A stretch of DNA of 64,000 nucleotides. It comes from Oscillospiraceae bacterium (GTDB lineage: Bacteria; Bacillota; Clostridia; Oscillospirales; Ruminococcaceae). The notes under the pieces were generated by a model. The model made no database searches. It saw only the letters and a list, made by a program, of their open reading frames with translations, and was not told the origin of the DNA. How positions within the stretch are numbered: position 1 is the first letter of the stretch; the number at the start of each line of letters is the position of its first letter. The position numbers were made by a program, and so were the translations under genes. The stretch is from assembly GCA_017512745.1 (NCBI GenBank), contig JAFWEV010000026.1, positions 11,377-75,376 of the forward strand, written 5' to 3'. This document shows, one piece after another, positions 19,317 through 29,461 of the stretch.

Positions 19317-20240
19317 ATGAGTGCAAAGTCAAAGGCACCTAAGAGCCCTCTGATGAGAGAGAGCATTGGGGATATGTTGTTTCCCTATCTGATGATAGTA
19401 CCGGCATTCCTCTTATTCATGGTTTTTACCATCTACCCGTTTGCATTCGGATTCTATGTAAGTTTCCATAAGTGGGACGGTCTTACAGCCATGAAATGGC
19501 TGGGGCTGAGGAACTACATAAATGTTGTGACTGACCCTGAATTCTGGGCTGCCATGAAACACACGGTCATCTACGCTTTATGTGTTACCATTGTCAAAAA
19601 CATTATCGCGGTTATCCTGGCACTGTTTCTGGCTAGAGACCATCTGCCGGGACGGACACTGTTCAGAACTGCTACATACTTGCCGGTAACCTTGTCCTAT
19701 GTTGTTATCGGTGTTCTCTGGAAATGGATATTTAACCCCACATTCGGTCTTTTGAATCCATTCATGCGTGCAATCGGTCTAGGCAATTACATTGTCGGAT
19801 GGTTAAGCGATGAAAGGATCGCATTGTATTCAGTTATCTTTGTTGATATATGGAAATGGATAGGTTTCCATATGGTCATGTACCTGGCAGGTCTGACCAG
19901 TATATCTAAAGACTACTATGAAGCTGCTGCTATTGACGGAGCTTCCGGATGGCAGCGTTTTAGACATATTACGGTTCCGCAGCTCAACAGTACAATATTC
20001 ACAAATATCCTCATGTCGATGAGTGGTGCGTTTACAGCAAACTACGCGATCGTCAACATGATGACGGGCGGCGGACCAAACGGCTCGACAGAAGTCGCAG
20101 CTACCTTAATTGTTAAGACCGGTCTTAAGTATATAAATCTCGGAAAAGCGAATGCCATGACATTTGTATTGTTCCTGTTTACGTTTGCAATGGGAATGTT
20201 CCAGCTTAAGACTATTTCACATGACGAGAACTACGAATAA
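19317..20240 (+). CDS. Carbohydrate ABC transporter permease (MalF/UgpA-like)
   Basis: A 6-TM protein with the EAA-type loop YYEAAAIDGASGWQRFRHITVPQL. Confidence 0.85.
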   Translation: MSAKSKAPKSPLMRESIGDMLFPYLMIVPAFLLFMVFTIYPFAFGFYVSFHKWDGLTAMKWLGLRNYINVVTDPEFWAAMKHTVIYALCVTIVKNIIAVILALFLARDHLPGRTLFRTATYLPVTLSYVVIGVLWKWIFNPTFGLLNPFMRAIGLGNYIVGWLSDERIALYSVIFVDIWKWIGFHMVMYLAGLTSISKDYYEAAAIDGASGWQRFRHITVPQLNSTIFTNILMSMSGAFTANYAIVNMMTGGGPNGSTEVAATLIVKTGLKYINLGKANAMTFVLFLFTFAMGMFQLKTISHDENYE

Positions 20241-20254
20241 GGGAGGCGGACATT

Positions 20255-21094
20255 ATGGTTGAATCTAAAAAATTCGAAGTCGGCTCTCTGGTTATATGCT
20301 ATATAATCATGGCTATAGTTCTTGTACTGACGGTGTATCCGCTTCTGTGGATGATCTTCAGTTCATGTAAAACAGTCAATGAGTTCTACTCGAACTCGTG
20401 GCTGCCCCCTGTCCAGTGGTATTTCGGCAATTTCATCACCGCCTGGACAAGAGCAAAGATGGGTGTCCGCTATCTGAACAGCCTTCTCATTACGGGAACA
20501 TATCTTCTGATCAATATTCCGGTATCAATGTGTGCTTCCTACTCTTTCTCGAGACTTCAGTTCAAGGGAAGGAAAAAGCTGTATACAGCAATGCTGTCGG
20601 GAATACTGATCCCGACAGGAGTTCTCACACTCCCCATCTATTCTGTTATGGTCAACTTCCGTCTTATCAATAACAGAATAGGTCTTGCATTCGTTTACGC
20701 CGGTATGTCTGTGGCGTTTTCCACATTCATCATGCATACGTTCTTCGTATCGCTGCCGAAAGGCCTGGAAGAAGCTGCAACGATTGACGGATGCTCCAGA
20801 TTCGGAGCTTTTGCCAGAGTCATTGTTCCTCTGACAAAACCCGGTATTATGATCCTGCTTATCTACAACGGTATTTCAAACTGGGGCGAATACCATTTGG
20901 CAAGCCTTGTTCTTACAACAAATGCCAAACAGACGGTTCCCGTCGGAATGGCTTTGTTCCAGGATAATCAGGCAATTGAATATACGGTTTTATTTGCAGC
21001 ATTAACGTTGGCTACAGTCCCGCTGGTTGTGCTATATGTTTTCTGCCAAAAGGCGTTCATTACAGGTATGACTGCTGGTGCTGTTAAAGGCTGA
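20255..21094 (+). CDS. Carbohydrate ABC transporter permease (MalG/UgpE-like)
   Basis: Contains the EAA loop LEEAATIDGCSRFGAFARVIVPLTKPG. Confidence 0.85.
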   Translation: MVESKKFEVGSLVICYIIMAIVLVLTVYPLLWMIFSSCKTVNEFYSNSWLPPVQWYFGNFITAWTRAKMGVRYLNSLLITGTYLLINIPVSMCASYSFSRLQFKGRKKLYTAMLSGILIPTGVLTLPIYSVMVNFRLINNRIGLAFVYAGMSVAFSTFIMHTFFVSLPKGLEEAATIDGCSRFGAFARVIVPLTKPGIMILLIYNGISNWGEYHLASLVLTTNAKQTVPVGMALFQDNQAIEYTVLFAALTLATVPLVVLYVFCQKAFITGMTAGAVKG

Positions 21095-21131
21095 TCTCTG
21101 TTGCTTACAGCAGATAATATCATCTATTTTT

Positions 21132-21166
21132 CGGCGCCGAATAGTCTTTATTCGGTGCCGTTTTTA
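21132..21166 (+). terminator. Rho-independent terminator after the permease genes
   Basis: The stem CGGCGCCGAAT / ATTCGGTGCCG is followed by TTTTT. Confidence 0.65.
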
Positions 21167-21191
21167 GGTGGACATCATTTTTGTGAATAGG

Positions 21192-23864
21192 ATGGTTTGG
21201 TTAATGATCAACATAACTAAGGTATTGATAAATCTATCGGAACAGATCAGCACATTTGAATCCCGTCCTTCATTTGCTCTGTATATCGAAGCGGACAGAG
21301 AAGTTGCCGTAAACAGGGTTATGCTCGAAGTATATGAGTCCGGCGAGTCAGTGTATTCTTCGGCACTGGATGTTTCATCTCTTGCGGATATACAGTTGCC
21401 TGAAGAAGTGCATCTGCATCCGCATAAAACCTATAAGGTAAGATTCAGGGTGATCGACAATACCAGCGGAGAAGAGAGCGGCTGGAGCGGTTTCAGCACA
21501 TTTCTTACAGGGTTTTCGGAAGATTCAGGCTGGCAGGCCAGTTTTGTCAGCGCCGGATGTCCTGAAGAGGAAAAAGGTGTGTCGCCGGTCTACTGTTTTG
21601 AAAAGACATTCCCCAGCTGCAAGAAACCGGCCGAAGCCAGACTGTATATCACGGCAAAAGGATTGTATACCGCTTTTGTCAACGGAGAGAGAGTCGGGGA
21701 AGATGTCCTTACACCCGGTGATATGAGTTATCAGCATCACCTGGCCTATCAGACATACATAGTGACCGATCTTGTACAGAAGGGAGACAACGTCCTTTCC
21801 GTACTTGTGGGGGACGGATGGTACAAAGGCTACGTATCATCTTCCTGGCACAGAAACTATTACGGGGATCAGAGGGAACTTCTCTGCGAGCTGCATCTCA
21901 GATACTCAGACGGATCAGAAGAGATAATACCGTCCGACGATACTTTTACATGGCATAAAACGAACATTCTTATGTCCGAGATCTATCCCGGAGAGACCCG
22001 AGACATGACAGTTCCTGAGTCTGAAAAGAAAAGTGTATCGGTCTGCGGTGTTCCTAAAAAAGGATATCTGCATCCGGCTTTCTCCTGTCCTCCGCATTAT
22101 GAAGATCCTGTCAGTCCTGTGAGACTGATAAAGACTCCGAAAGGCGAGACAGTGATCGATTTCGGAAGAGTCATGACCGGAGTCACTGAGGTGAGAGTCC
22201 GGGGAGAGCGTGGAGACCGTGTGGAATTCCGCTTCGGAGATACACTTGATACTGAAGGAAACTTTTACAATGACAATGTCGAATTGTTCAGTCTGCGGGA
22301 TCATGACAGACCGATAGTGCAGAAGATCACATACATCCTTGAAGGAAAAGGAAATGAAGTATACAGACCGCTCTTTACATATCAGTGCTTCAGATATGTT
22401 AAGGTCGTCGATTTCCCGGGAGAGATAACTCTTGAGAATGTAACAGCTTACCCGATCACCTCATTCACGGAGCAGACCGGCATTTTCTCCTGCGGCGACG
22501 AGCTTATAAATACGCTGTACAGAAATGTCATCAATACTGAAAAAGCCACATTTATCGACATCCCAGTCGCAGGTCCGATGAGGGCGGAGAGACTCGGATG
22601 GACAGGGGACAATCAGCTGATGTTCCCCACAGCCATGAGGACGATGTTTGACTCATACCGCTTCCTTCTTAAGTGGCTGGAAGAGGTGAAGTATTCCCAG
22701 GGAGAAGACGGGCAGGTCGGAACGCTGTCCCCATATATCAACTTCAAGGAAGGGTCAACAGTAAAAGACTTCAAGCCCGAGGCGTCTGCTATATGGGGAG
22801 ACGCTGCGGTCATATGTCCGTGGAGACTGTATGAGTTCTACGGGGACAAAGCGATTCTGAGCAGATACAGAGACCTTGCAAAGGGTTATGTCGACTATAT
22901 GCATCTTTCCGGCGATGATGAACTGACATTCACCGAGGGAGAGACCTTCGGAGACTGGTTTGCGCTGGATAACGGTCCTGATGCATATGCGGGAAAGACA
23001 GACAAGAAGCTGCTCGGATCATTCTATTACTACAGATCAACATATCTGCTGTCCAGAATACTTGAGGAGCTGGGTGATGAACAGAGTGAACACTATCTGT
23101 CACTCTCTCTCAAGATAAGGGATAAACTGAGAGATCTGTATTTTGAAGACGGACTGATTACGGAAGTGACCCAGGCTGCATGTGCGCTTGCGATTGAGTT
23201 CGATATTGCTCCTGACAAGAGCAAAACAGCTGCGCAGCTGGCAGAACTGATAGAGAGAGATGGAGGGCATATGCTTGCTGGATTTACCGGAGCATCAGTC
23301 ATTCTGCAAGCTCTCTGCAATACCGGATACAGTGATCTCGCATTAAAGCTCGCCATGAACAGGGATTACCCCTCGTGGCTGTACACCGTGGAGAAAGGTG
23401 CGACCACTGTATGGGAACACTTTAACGGTATCAAGGAAGACGGCACTCTGTGGTCTCCGAACATGAATTCGTTCTGTCATCTGACTTTCGGGACGATAGC
23501 TGACTGGATGTTCGGATATCTTCTGGGCATACGCCAGAAAGAAGGAGGCGTTTCCTATAAGGAATTCGTGATCGATCCTGTCATAAGCAGAAGACTGGGA
23601 TATGCGCGCGGATCGATGGATACAGTTTACGGAAAGATATCGGTTTCATGGGAAGTGTCGGGAAACACGGTAAGGCTGACGGCGAAGGTACCGTACGGTA
23701 CCGATTGTGAGATCTCTCTTCCTATGGTGAACGCCCCTGAGACTCTTACTGCAGAAATTCGTTCGGAAGGATATAAAGAAGTCGATATCAGTGAGACCGG
23801 CATCAGGATCCGGGTGTCACAGGGAACACATGAATTCGTTTATGCAATGGCTCAGATGGCCTGA
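21192..23864 (+). CDS. GH78 alpha-L-rhamnosidase
   Basis: Contains AERLGWTGDNQ and YPSWLYTVEKGATTVWEHFNGIKEDG, both GH78 hallmarks. The GTG at 21168 in the ORF track starts only 2 nt after the terminator, so the ATG at 21192 or 21204 is the more likely start. Confidence 0.85.
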   Translation: MVWLMINITKVLINLSEQISTFESRPSFALYIEADREVAVNRVMLEVYESGESVYSSALDVSSLADIQLPEEVHLHPHKTYKVRFRVIDNTSGEESGWSGFSTFLTGFSEDSGWQASFVSAGCPEEEKGVSPVYCFEKTFPSCKKPAEARLYITAKGLYTAFVNGERVGEDVLTPGDMSYQHHLAYQTYIVTDLVQKGDNVLSVLVGDGWYKGYVSSSWHRNYYGDQRELLCELHLRYSDGSEEIIPSDDTFTWHKTNILMSEIYPGETRDMTVPESEKKSVSVCGVPKKGYLHPAFSCPPHYEDPVSPVRLIKTPKGETVIDFGRVMTGVTEVRVRGERGDRVEFRFGDTLDTEGNFYNDNVELFSLRDHDRPIVQKITYILEGKGNEVYRPLFTYQCFRYVKVVDFPGEITLENVTAYPITSFTEQTGIFSCGDELINTLYRNVINTEKATFIDIPVAGPMRAERLGWTGDNQLMFPTAMRTMFDSYRFLLKWLEEVKYSQGEDGQVGTLSPYINFKEGSTVKDFKPEASAIWGDAAVICPWRLYEFYGDKAILSRYRDLAKGYVDYMHLSGDDELTFTEGETFGDWFALDNGPDAYAGKTDKKLLGSFYYYRSTYLLSRILEELGDEQSEHYLSLSLKIRDKLRDLYFEDGLITEVTQAACALAIEFDIAPDKSKTAAQLAELIERDGGHMLAGFTGASVILQALCNTGYSDLALKLAMNRDYPSWLYTVEKGATTVWEHFNGIKEDGTLWSPNMNSFCHLTFGTIADWMFGYLLGIRQKEGGVSYKEFVIDPVISRRLGYARGSMDTVYGKISVSWEVSGNTVRLTAKVPYGTDCEISLPMVNAPETLTAEIRSEGYKEVDISETGIRIRVSQGTHEFVYAMAQMA

Positions 23865-23972
23865 TCAGAGTGTCCGGATCATGCATTTTCTGCCTGTTCC
23901 GTTTGACATTTTTGCCAATCTTGAAGGCTCATAATTTAACAGGCAGATGTACCTGTTATGATATAATTTAAA

Positions 23973-25100
23973 ATGAAGAAAAGTGTATTTACAGAAAGGA
24001 ATGGTTATATGACGAGGAAGATCAATGAAGGCGACATAATCAATGTCGGTGTAATCGGCTGCGGTCAGATAGCACAGATGATGCATCTGCCATATATCAC
24101 ACACGATGAACATCTAAGGCTTTATTCCATATGTGATATATCTCAGAACATCCTCGATAACGTAGGTGCGAAATATCATGTTCCTGCGGAACACCGCTAT
24201 CTTGATGCCGGAGAAATGGTCAAAGACGATAAGCTGGATGCTGTGGTCATAGCGACAAACGATCATTATGATCCGGCTGTCAAAGCTGCGAAAGCCGGCA
24301 AGCACATGCTAGTGGAAAAACCGTTTATGTATTCTGTCGCCGAATGCGACGAAGTGATAGCCCTCTGCAAAGAGAACAATCTCATACTGCAGGTAGGGTA
24401 CATGAAGCGCCATGATCCGGGATTCCAGTATGCATTTGAGAAGATCAAGACTCTGAAGGACGTCAATCTCGTGCGTGTTCATGATTACGGCGGAAGTTTT
24501 GACTTCACGACCCAGATCTACGATCTGTATCCGAAGTCTGACCTTTCCCAGGAGACGCTCGATGCCATAAGGAAGAAGATCGATGACACATGCATAGCCG
24601 AGATCGGTGAGGACAGAGCAGATATAATGCAGAGTTACAGCCTGATATGCGGACTCTCCTCTCACGATACGATACTGATGAGGCACTGCTTCGGATATCC
24701 TGAAGTACTGTTTGCATACGTTCCGAAGCCGGGATTTGTAACGGCATTCCTGAGATTTGAGAACGGAGTGCAGGGAATACTGGAGTCAGGCCTCGTTATG
24801 AACCGCCGTTCATGGGATGAGAGCATCTGGGTTTATTCAAATGAATGCAATCTCTCTATCCACTTCCCGTGGCCGTATCTGAAGAATGCCCCGACAATAG
24901 TAAAGATCAATGAGAACGAGCCGGGATCGATGGTCAACTATGATAAGGAAGTTATAGGATCGTTTGATGAAGCGTATCGCAGAGAGTGGAAGCATTTCTA
25001 TCAGTGCATCGTTGAGGGCAAAGAACCGATCAACAGCGGTGCTGATGCCAGAAACGACATCAAGCTTGCGAGCGATATCATTCGTGCGGTAAAGATCTGA
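23973..25100 (+). CDS. Gfo/Idh/MocA-family NAD(P)-dependent oxidoreductase
   Basis: Contains VGVIGCGQIAQ (Rossmann motif) and HMLVEKP (the EKP motif). The alternative ATG at 24009 has a better RBS. Confidence 0.85.
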   Translation: MKKSVFTERNGYMTRKINEGDIINVGVIGCGQIAQMMHLPYITHDEHLRLYSICDISQNILDNVGAKYHVPAEHRYLDAGEMVKDDKLDAVVIATNDHYDPAVKAAKAGKHMLVEKPFMYSVAECDEVIALCKENNLILQVGYMKRHDPGFQYAFEKIKTLKDVNLVRVHDYGGSFDFTTQIYDLYPKSDLSQETLDAIRKKIDDTCIAEIGEDRADIMQSYSLICGLSSHDTILMRHCFGYPEVLFAYVPKPGFVTAFLRFENGVQGILESGLVMNRRSWDESIWVYSNECNLSIHFPWPYLKNAPTIVKINENEPGSMVNYDKEVIGSFDEAYRREWKHFYQCIVEGKEPINSGADARNDIKLASDIIRAVKI

Positions 25101-25113
25101 TTGAGGTGAAGGA

Positions 25114-25965
25114 ATGAAAATCGGTTATACAGTTTGGACATGGATGAGAGAGGAATTTAACAGCGAGACGCCCACCGAAGGTGCAGAAGCTCATTTCGAG
25201 GAGGCCGTCAGATCTATCTCTTATCTCGGATATGAGTGTATTGAGAATTTCAACTTTATGGTCCCGATATACGAGGATAGACCTGATGACCTTAAAGCGC
25301 TGCTGAAGAAACACAATCTTGAGTTCGTCAATCTGTACCATACCTACCATTGGGATGGCACGGACGAGACTCTGCAGAAGTGGCTGGACAAGGGCGAAAG
25401 GACATGCAGATTCCTGCAGGAGATGGGAGCAAAATATCTCAACATGCAGGGATATACGTGGCATGATGCCCCGTATTACAGACCGGACAACAAAGAACTT
25501 CTGGATATACATGTAGATGCTTTTACAAAGATGGGTGCCATAGCCAAGAAATATGGTGTTCAGGCATGTCTCCATCCTCACGGAGGCACACCGATGTTCT
25601 CCGAGAGTTCCATCGATTACTTCTTCAGCAAAGCGGATAATGATTTGGTCAAACTCACCCTTGATACTGCGCATACCACTCTTGGCGGAATGGACCCCGT
25701 TTATGCCATTGAGAAGTACAGGGATCTTCTGGTATACGTTCATCTCAAGGATCTTGACCCCGATGAGACCAACATAAAAACAAGACCGAATGACAGATTC
25801 TGTTCATTGGGACAGGGCTTCATCGATTTCAGAAATGTCATCCTTGCGCTCAGAAGGATCGGATATGACGGTGTTCTGTGTGTCGAAAATGACAATCCGA
25901 GGATCTGCAACTATCAGTCCGCAGAATTCTCTCGCGAGTATATTAAGTCCGTGCTTGGTATGTAA
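25114..25965 (+). CDS. Xylose-isomerase-like TIM-barrel protein (sugar phosphate isomerase/epimerase family), tandem copy 1
   Basis: Contains the LHPH, DTAH and CVEND metal-ligand-like motifs of the AP_endonuc_2 fold. Confidence 0.8.
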   Translation: MKIGYTVWTWMREEFNSETPTEGAEAHFEEAVRSISYLGYECIENFNFMVPIYEDRPDDLKALLKKHNLEFVNLYHTYHWDGTDETLQKWLDKGERTCRFLQEMGAKYLNMQGYTWHDAPYYRPDNKELLDIHVDAFTKMGAIAKKYGVQACLHPHGGTPMFSESSIDYFFSKADNDLVKLTLDTAHTTLGGMDPVYAIEKYRDLLVYVHLKDLDPDETNIKTRPNDRFCSLGQGFIDFRNVILALRRIGYDGVLCVENDNPRICNYQSAEFSREYIKSVLGM

Positions 25966-25998
25966 TTGCCATTGCCATATATTAATTGGAGGGGAAAA

Positions 25999-26853
25999 AT
26001 GAAATTAGCCTACACTGTTTGGACGTGGATGCTTGAGGAGTACGCTCCGGATGCTCCTACTTCCATGGGAAAACCGCATTTCGAAGAAGCCGTTCAGTCG
26101 ATTTCCTATCTGGGATACAGATACATCGAGAACTTCAACTTTATCGTTCCGATGTATGAGAATGATCCTCAGGAACTTCTCGATCTGCTCAAGAAGAACC
26201 GCCTTGAGCTGGTGAATCTGTATCACACCTATTACTATGACGGAACACAGGAAACGCTCGACAAATGGCTTGATCTCGGAGAGAGAACATGTAAGATACT
26301 TCAGCTCTGCGGAGCGAAGTACATCAATCTTCAGGGGAACATCTGGCAGGATGAACCATTCTACCGCCCCGACAACCATCCGCTCATCGATGCCTATGTC
26401 GATGCGTTCATGAAGATGGGAGCAATCGCAAAGAAGTACGACATTCAGGCATGCATGCATCCTCACGCCGGAACAGCGATGTTCTCGGAGAGCCAGATCG
26501 ATTATTTCATTGAGAAGTGCGATATGGATCTCGTTCATCTCACACTCGATACAGCTCATATCACTCTTGCGGGAATGGATGCGTGCTATGCATTCGACAA
26601 ATATGCAAAGTATATCGACTATGTACACTTCAAGGATCTGGATCCCGATGAGAACAACTGGGAGCGTCGCCCTGTAGAGAGATTCTGTGCACCCGGACAG
26701 GGATTTATCGATTTCAAGAATATCCTTAAGGTCCTCAGGAAAAACGGATATGACGGTGTTATCTGCATAGAGAATGACAGACCCAGGATCTGCAGCTATG
26801 AATCCGCTGAGACAGCGATAAGATACGCCCACAGCACTCTCGATCTGTACTGA
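25999..26853 (+). CDS. Xylose-isomerase-like TIM-barrel protein, tandem copy 2
   Basis: GGAGGGG at 25988-25994 precedes the ATG at 25999. It is a paralogue of copies 1 and 3. Confidence 0.8.
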   Translation: MKLAYTVWTWMLEEYAPDAPTSMGKPHFEEAVQSISYLGYRYIENFNFIVPMYENDPQELLDLLKKNRLELVNLYHTYYYDGTQETLDKWLDLGERTCKILQLCGAKYINLQGNIWQDEPFYRPDNHPLIDAYVDAFMKMGAIAKKYDIQACMHPHAGTAMFSESQIDYFIEKCDMDLVHLTLDTAHITLAGMDACYAFDKYAKYIDYVHFKDLDPDENNWERRPVERFCAPGQGFIDFKNILKVLRKNGYDGVICIENDRPRICSYESAETAIRYAHSTLDLY

Positions 26854-26875
26854 TAAAGAAGAAAGGAATAGTAAA

Positions 26876-27721
26876 ATGAAGCTAGCTTATACGATCTGGA
26901 CATGGCAGCTTGAAGAATATACAGGAACAAGTTCCCGCCATCTCGAACGTTTCGAAGAGGCGATAAGATCCATAAAGTATCTTGGATATGACTATGTTGA
27001 GGATTTCAACTTCATCGTTCCGTGGTTCATAGATAATCCGGAGAAACTGAAAGCGATCCTGGACAAGTACGACATGAAGCTCGTCAATCTCTATCATACT
27101 TATTATTATGACGGAACTCAGGAAACACTGGACAAATGGCTCGATCTCGGAGACAAGACTTGCCGCCTGCTGAAGTACTGCGGTGCGAAACAGCTCAATC
27201 TTCAGGGCAATATCTGGCAGGATAAGCCGTTCTTCCGCCCGGATAATCCGGAGCTCATCGATGCGTACATCGATGCATTCATGAAGATGGGAAGAATTGC
27301 GAAGGACTACGGTATCCAGGCATGCCTGCATCCTCATGGCGGTACGGCCATGTTCTCTGAGAGCCAGATAGATTATTTCATCGAGCATTGTGACATGGAT
27401 CTTGTCAGACTGACCATGGATACAGCCCATACAGCTCTTGCCGGAATGGATCCGTGCTATGCATTCAACAAGTATGCAAAGTATATCTCATATGTACATC
27501 TCAAGGATATCGATCCCGATGAGTCACTCTATCCTGAATGGCCGATGAAGAGATTCTGCGCGCCGGGACAGGGATATCTCGATTTCAGGAATATCATCAA
27601 GACCCTGGAAAACAACGGATATGACGGAGTCGTCTGCATTGAGAACGACTACCCGAAGGTATGCAGCTATGAGTCCGCGCAGTCTGCAAGAAATTATATG
27701 CGCGCAATAGTCAATATGTGA
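26876..27721 (+). CDS. Xylose-isomerase-like TIM-barrel protein, tandem copy 3
   Basis: It shares an identical 24-aa run, LVNLYHTYYYDGTQETLDKWLDLG, with copy 2. Confidence 0.8.
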   Translation: MKLAYTIWTWQLEEYTGTSSRHLERFEEAIRSIKYLGYDYVEDFNFIVPWFIDNPEKLKAILDKYDMKLVNLYHTYYYDGTQETLDKWLDLGDKTCRLLKYCGAKQLNLQGNIWQDKPFFRPDNPELIDAYIDAFMKMGRIAKDYGIQACLHPHGGTAMFSESQIDYFIEHCDMDLVRLTMDTAHTALAGMDPCYAFNKYAKYISYVHLKDIDPDESLYPEWPMKRFCAPGQGYLDFRNIIKTLENNGYDGVVCIENDYPKVCSYESAQSARNYMRAIVNM

Positions 27722-27745
27722 CCATAATGAAACCATAAATCAGAC

Positions 27746-27777
27746 GGAGTGTGAAACAGACATCTGTTTCACACTCC
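27746..27777 (+). other. Perfect 15-bp hairpin without a U-tract, between the TIM-barrel array and the ABC operon
   Basis: GGAGTGTGAAACAGA-CA-TCTGTTTCACACTCC is followed immediately by the GGAAGGA RBS of the next gene. Confidence 0.7.
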
Positions 27778-27790
27778 GGAAGGATTACAA

Positions 27791-28738
27791 ATGATAAAAG
27801 TATCAAATCTTACAAAAAGATACGGAGATAAGCTTGCAGTCAGGGGAATAAGCTTTGAGATAGACAACAATGGGGTTGTGGGTTTTCTTGGACCGAACGG
27901 AGCCGGGAAATCTACAACTATGAATATGATTACAGGATATATCTCAATGACATCCGGAAGTGTAACTGTCGACGGCGTCGATCTTCTTCATGATCCCATG
28001 ACTGTCAAAAAGAATATAGGATATCTGCCGGAACTGCCGCCTCTCTATAAAGATCTTACCGTAACGGAATACCTGAATGTGGTATATGGCCTCAAAAAAT
28101 GCAAACTCAACAGAGAGGAGCATTTAAACCATATCTGCGAGGAAGTCGGCATATTGCCGGTAAAAGACAGACTGATCAGTAATCTTTCCAAAGGTTATCA
28201 GCAGAGGGTTGGGATCGCGCAGGCCCTTGTGGGCGATCCCAAAATACTGATACTCGATGAGCCGACGGTCGGGCTCGATCCTTCTCAGATAATTGAGATC
28301 AGAAATCTTATAAAAGACCTCGGAAAGACAAGGATCATCATTTTAAGTACGCACATTCTCTCTGAAGTACAGCTTATGTGCGAGCGAATCATCATTATCA
28401 GCCAGGGAAGAATAGTTGCCGACGACAGTGTCGACAATATTGAACTTGTCGGAGAAAAGGGAACGCTCGTAGCGGAGATCATAGGCAACACGGATGAGGT
28501 TATAAATACACTGGAGAAGATCGACGGAGTCAGAAAGGTCGATTTTTCCGAGAATAAATATACTATCCTGAGCTCCGGAGATCTGGAAGTCCGTAAGAGG
28601 ATATTCTATGCTCTCGCGGAGAATAAGATGCCGCTCATTTCGATATATGAGGCAAAACAGACGCTTGAATCATTATTCATTGAACTGACTGATGATACAT
28701 ATGCCGATACATATGAAGAGGGAGGGGAGGAACAATGA
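27791..28738 (+). CDS. ABC transporter ATP-binding protein (ABC-2/GldA-like)
   Basis: Contains Walker A GPNGAGKST, signature LSKGYQQR and Walker B ILILDEP. Confidence 0.9.
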   Translation: MIKVSNLTKRYGDKLAVRGISFEIDNNGVVGFLGPNGAGKSTTMNMITGYISMTSGSVTVDGVDLLHDPMTVKKNIGYLPELPPLYKDLTVTEYLNVVYGLKKCKLNREEHLNHICEEVGILPVKDRLISNLSKGYQQRVGIAQALVGDPKILILDEPTVGLDPSQIIEIRNLIKDLGKTRIIILSTHILSEVQLMCERIIIISQGRIVADDSVDNIELVGEKGTLVAEIIGNTDEVINTLEKIDGVRKVDFSENKYTILSSGDLEVRKRIFYALAENKMPLISIYEAKQTLESLFIELTDDTYADTYEEGGEEQ

Positions 28739-29448
28739 TCGAGATCTGCAAGAAGGAATACAAACAGTTTTTTGTTTCCCCCAGAGGATATGTCATAGTA
28801 GCGATCTACTTCTTTATCAGTTCGCTGTATTTCTGCACGGTAAATCTGTCAAATGTTCTGGTCGAACTCTCCTATGATTTTGCATTCCAGTCTAACTGGC
28901 TGCTTATGTTTCTGCTTCCGATGCTGACTATGAGGCTGCTCGCCGAAGAGAAGAAGACTAAGACGGATCAGCTGCTTCTGACAAGCCCGGTTTCCGTAAA
29001 TGATATCGTTTATGGAAAGTTTTTCGGTGCGCTGATCGTTTATCTGATATGTATTTCCTGCAATGCTCTGTTTTTTGCGATCGTATCCACCCATTCAGCT
29101 GTCTTCCTCTGGAGAGAATTTGTCTGCAGAATGCTTGGGATGATACTGCTTGGCAGTGCTATCATCTCGATCGACATGTTCATATCCGCTCTGACGGAAA
29201 GCCAGCTGCTGGCTGCATTTGTCGCTATGGGCGTAAACATCCTGATGCTGATTACGCGGTCATACGTGGCGACGATCACATCGCCCGTCCTTCAGTTCCT
29301 GGCGGGACTGCTATCGGTATTCGGACGGTTTTACGATACGTTTGCAATGGGTGTTTTCAACATACCGAACGCTGTGTATTATGTCAGTTTCACCGTCTTC
29401 TTCCTGTTTATAACCGCTCAGATCATTGAGAAGAGAAGATGGGGTTGA
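28735..29448 (+). CDS. ABC-2 type permease (GldF-like)
   Basis: A 6-TM protein of about 237 aa. Its start overlaps the ATPase stop by 4 nt (ATGA). Confidence 0.7.
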   Translation: MIEICKKEYKQFFVSPRGYVIVAIYFFISSLYFCTVNLSNVLVELSYDFAFQSNWLLMFLLPMLTMRLLAEEKKTKTDQLLLTSPVSVNDIVYGKFFGALIVYLICISCNALFFAIVSTHSAVFLWREFVCRMLGMILLGSAIISIDMFISALTESQLLAAFVAMGVNILMLITRSYVATITSPVLQFLAGLLSVFGRFYDTFAMGVFNIPNAVYYVSFTVFFLFITAQIIEKRRWG

Positions 29449-29461
29449 TGAGGATAACGGT

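Larger units (their letters stand above)
25114..27721 (+). repeat. Tandem triplicated gene array (three diverged TIM-barrel paralogues)
   Basis: Three same-strand genes of about 280 aa are collinear along their whole length. Copies 2 and 3 are roughly two-thirds identical by eye, and copy 1 is more diverged. Confidence 0.85.

Noticed and set aside
23880-23972. A 10-bp long-range inverted repeat TCTGCCTGTT ... AACAGGCAGA, and a local palindrome AACAGG-N8-CCTGTT, upstream of the Gfo/Idh/MocA gene.
   Set aside because: The loop is too long for a terminator, and no regulator gene lies nearby to assign it to. It could be an operator, but the evidence is too thin to call.
25114-27721. The possibility that the three TIM-barrel genes are an assembly artefact or collapsed repeat.
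   Set aside because: The copies differ at many nucleotide and amino-acid positions throughout, and each has its own RBS and intergenic spacer. They are genuine diverged paralogues.
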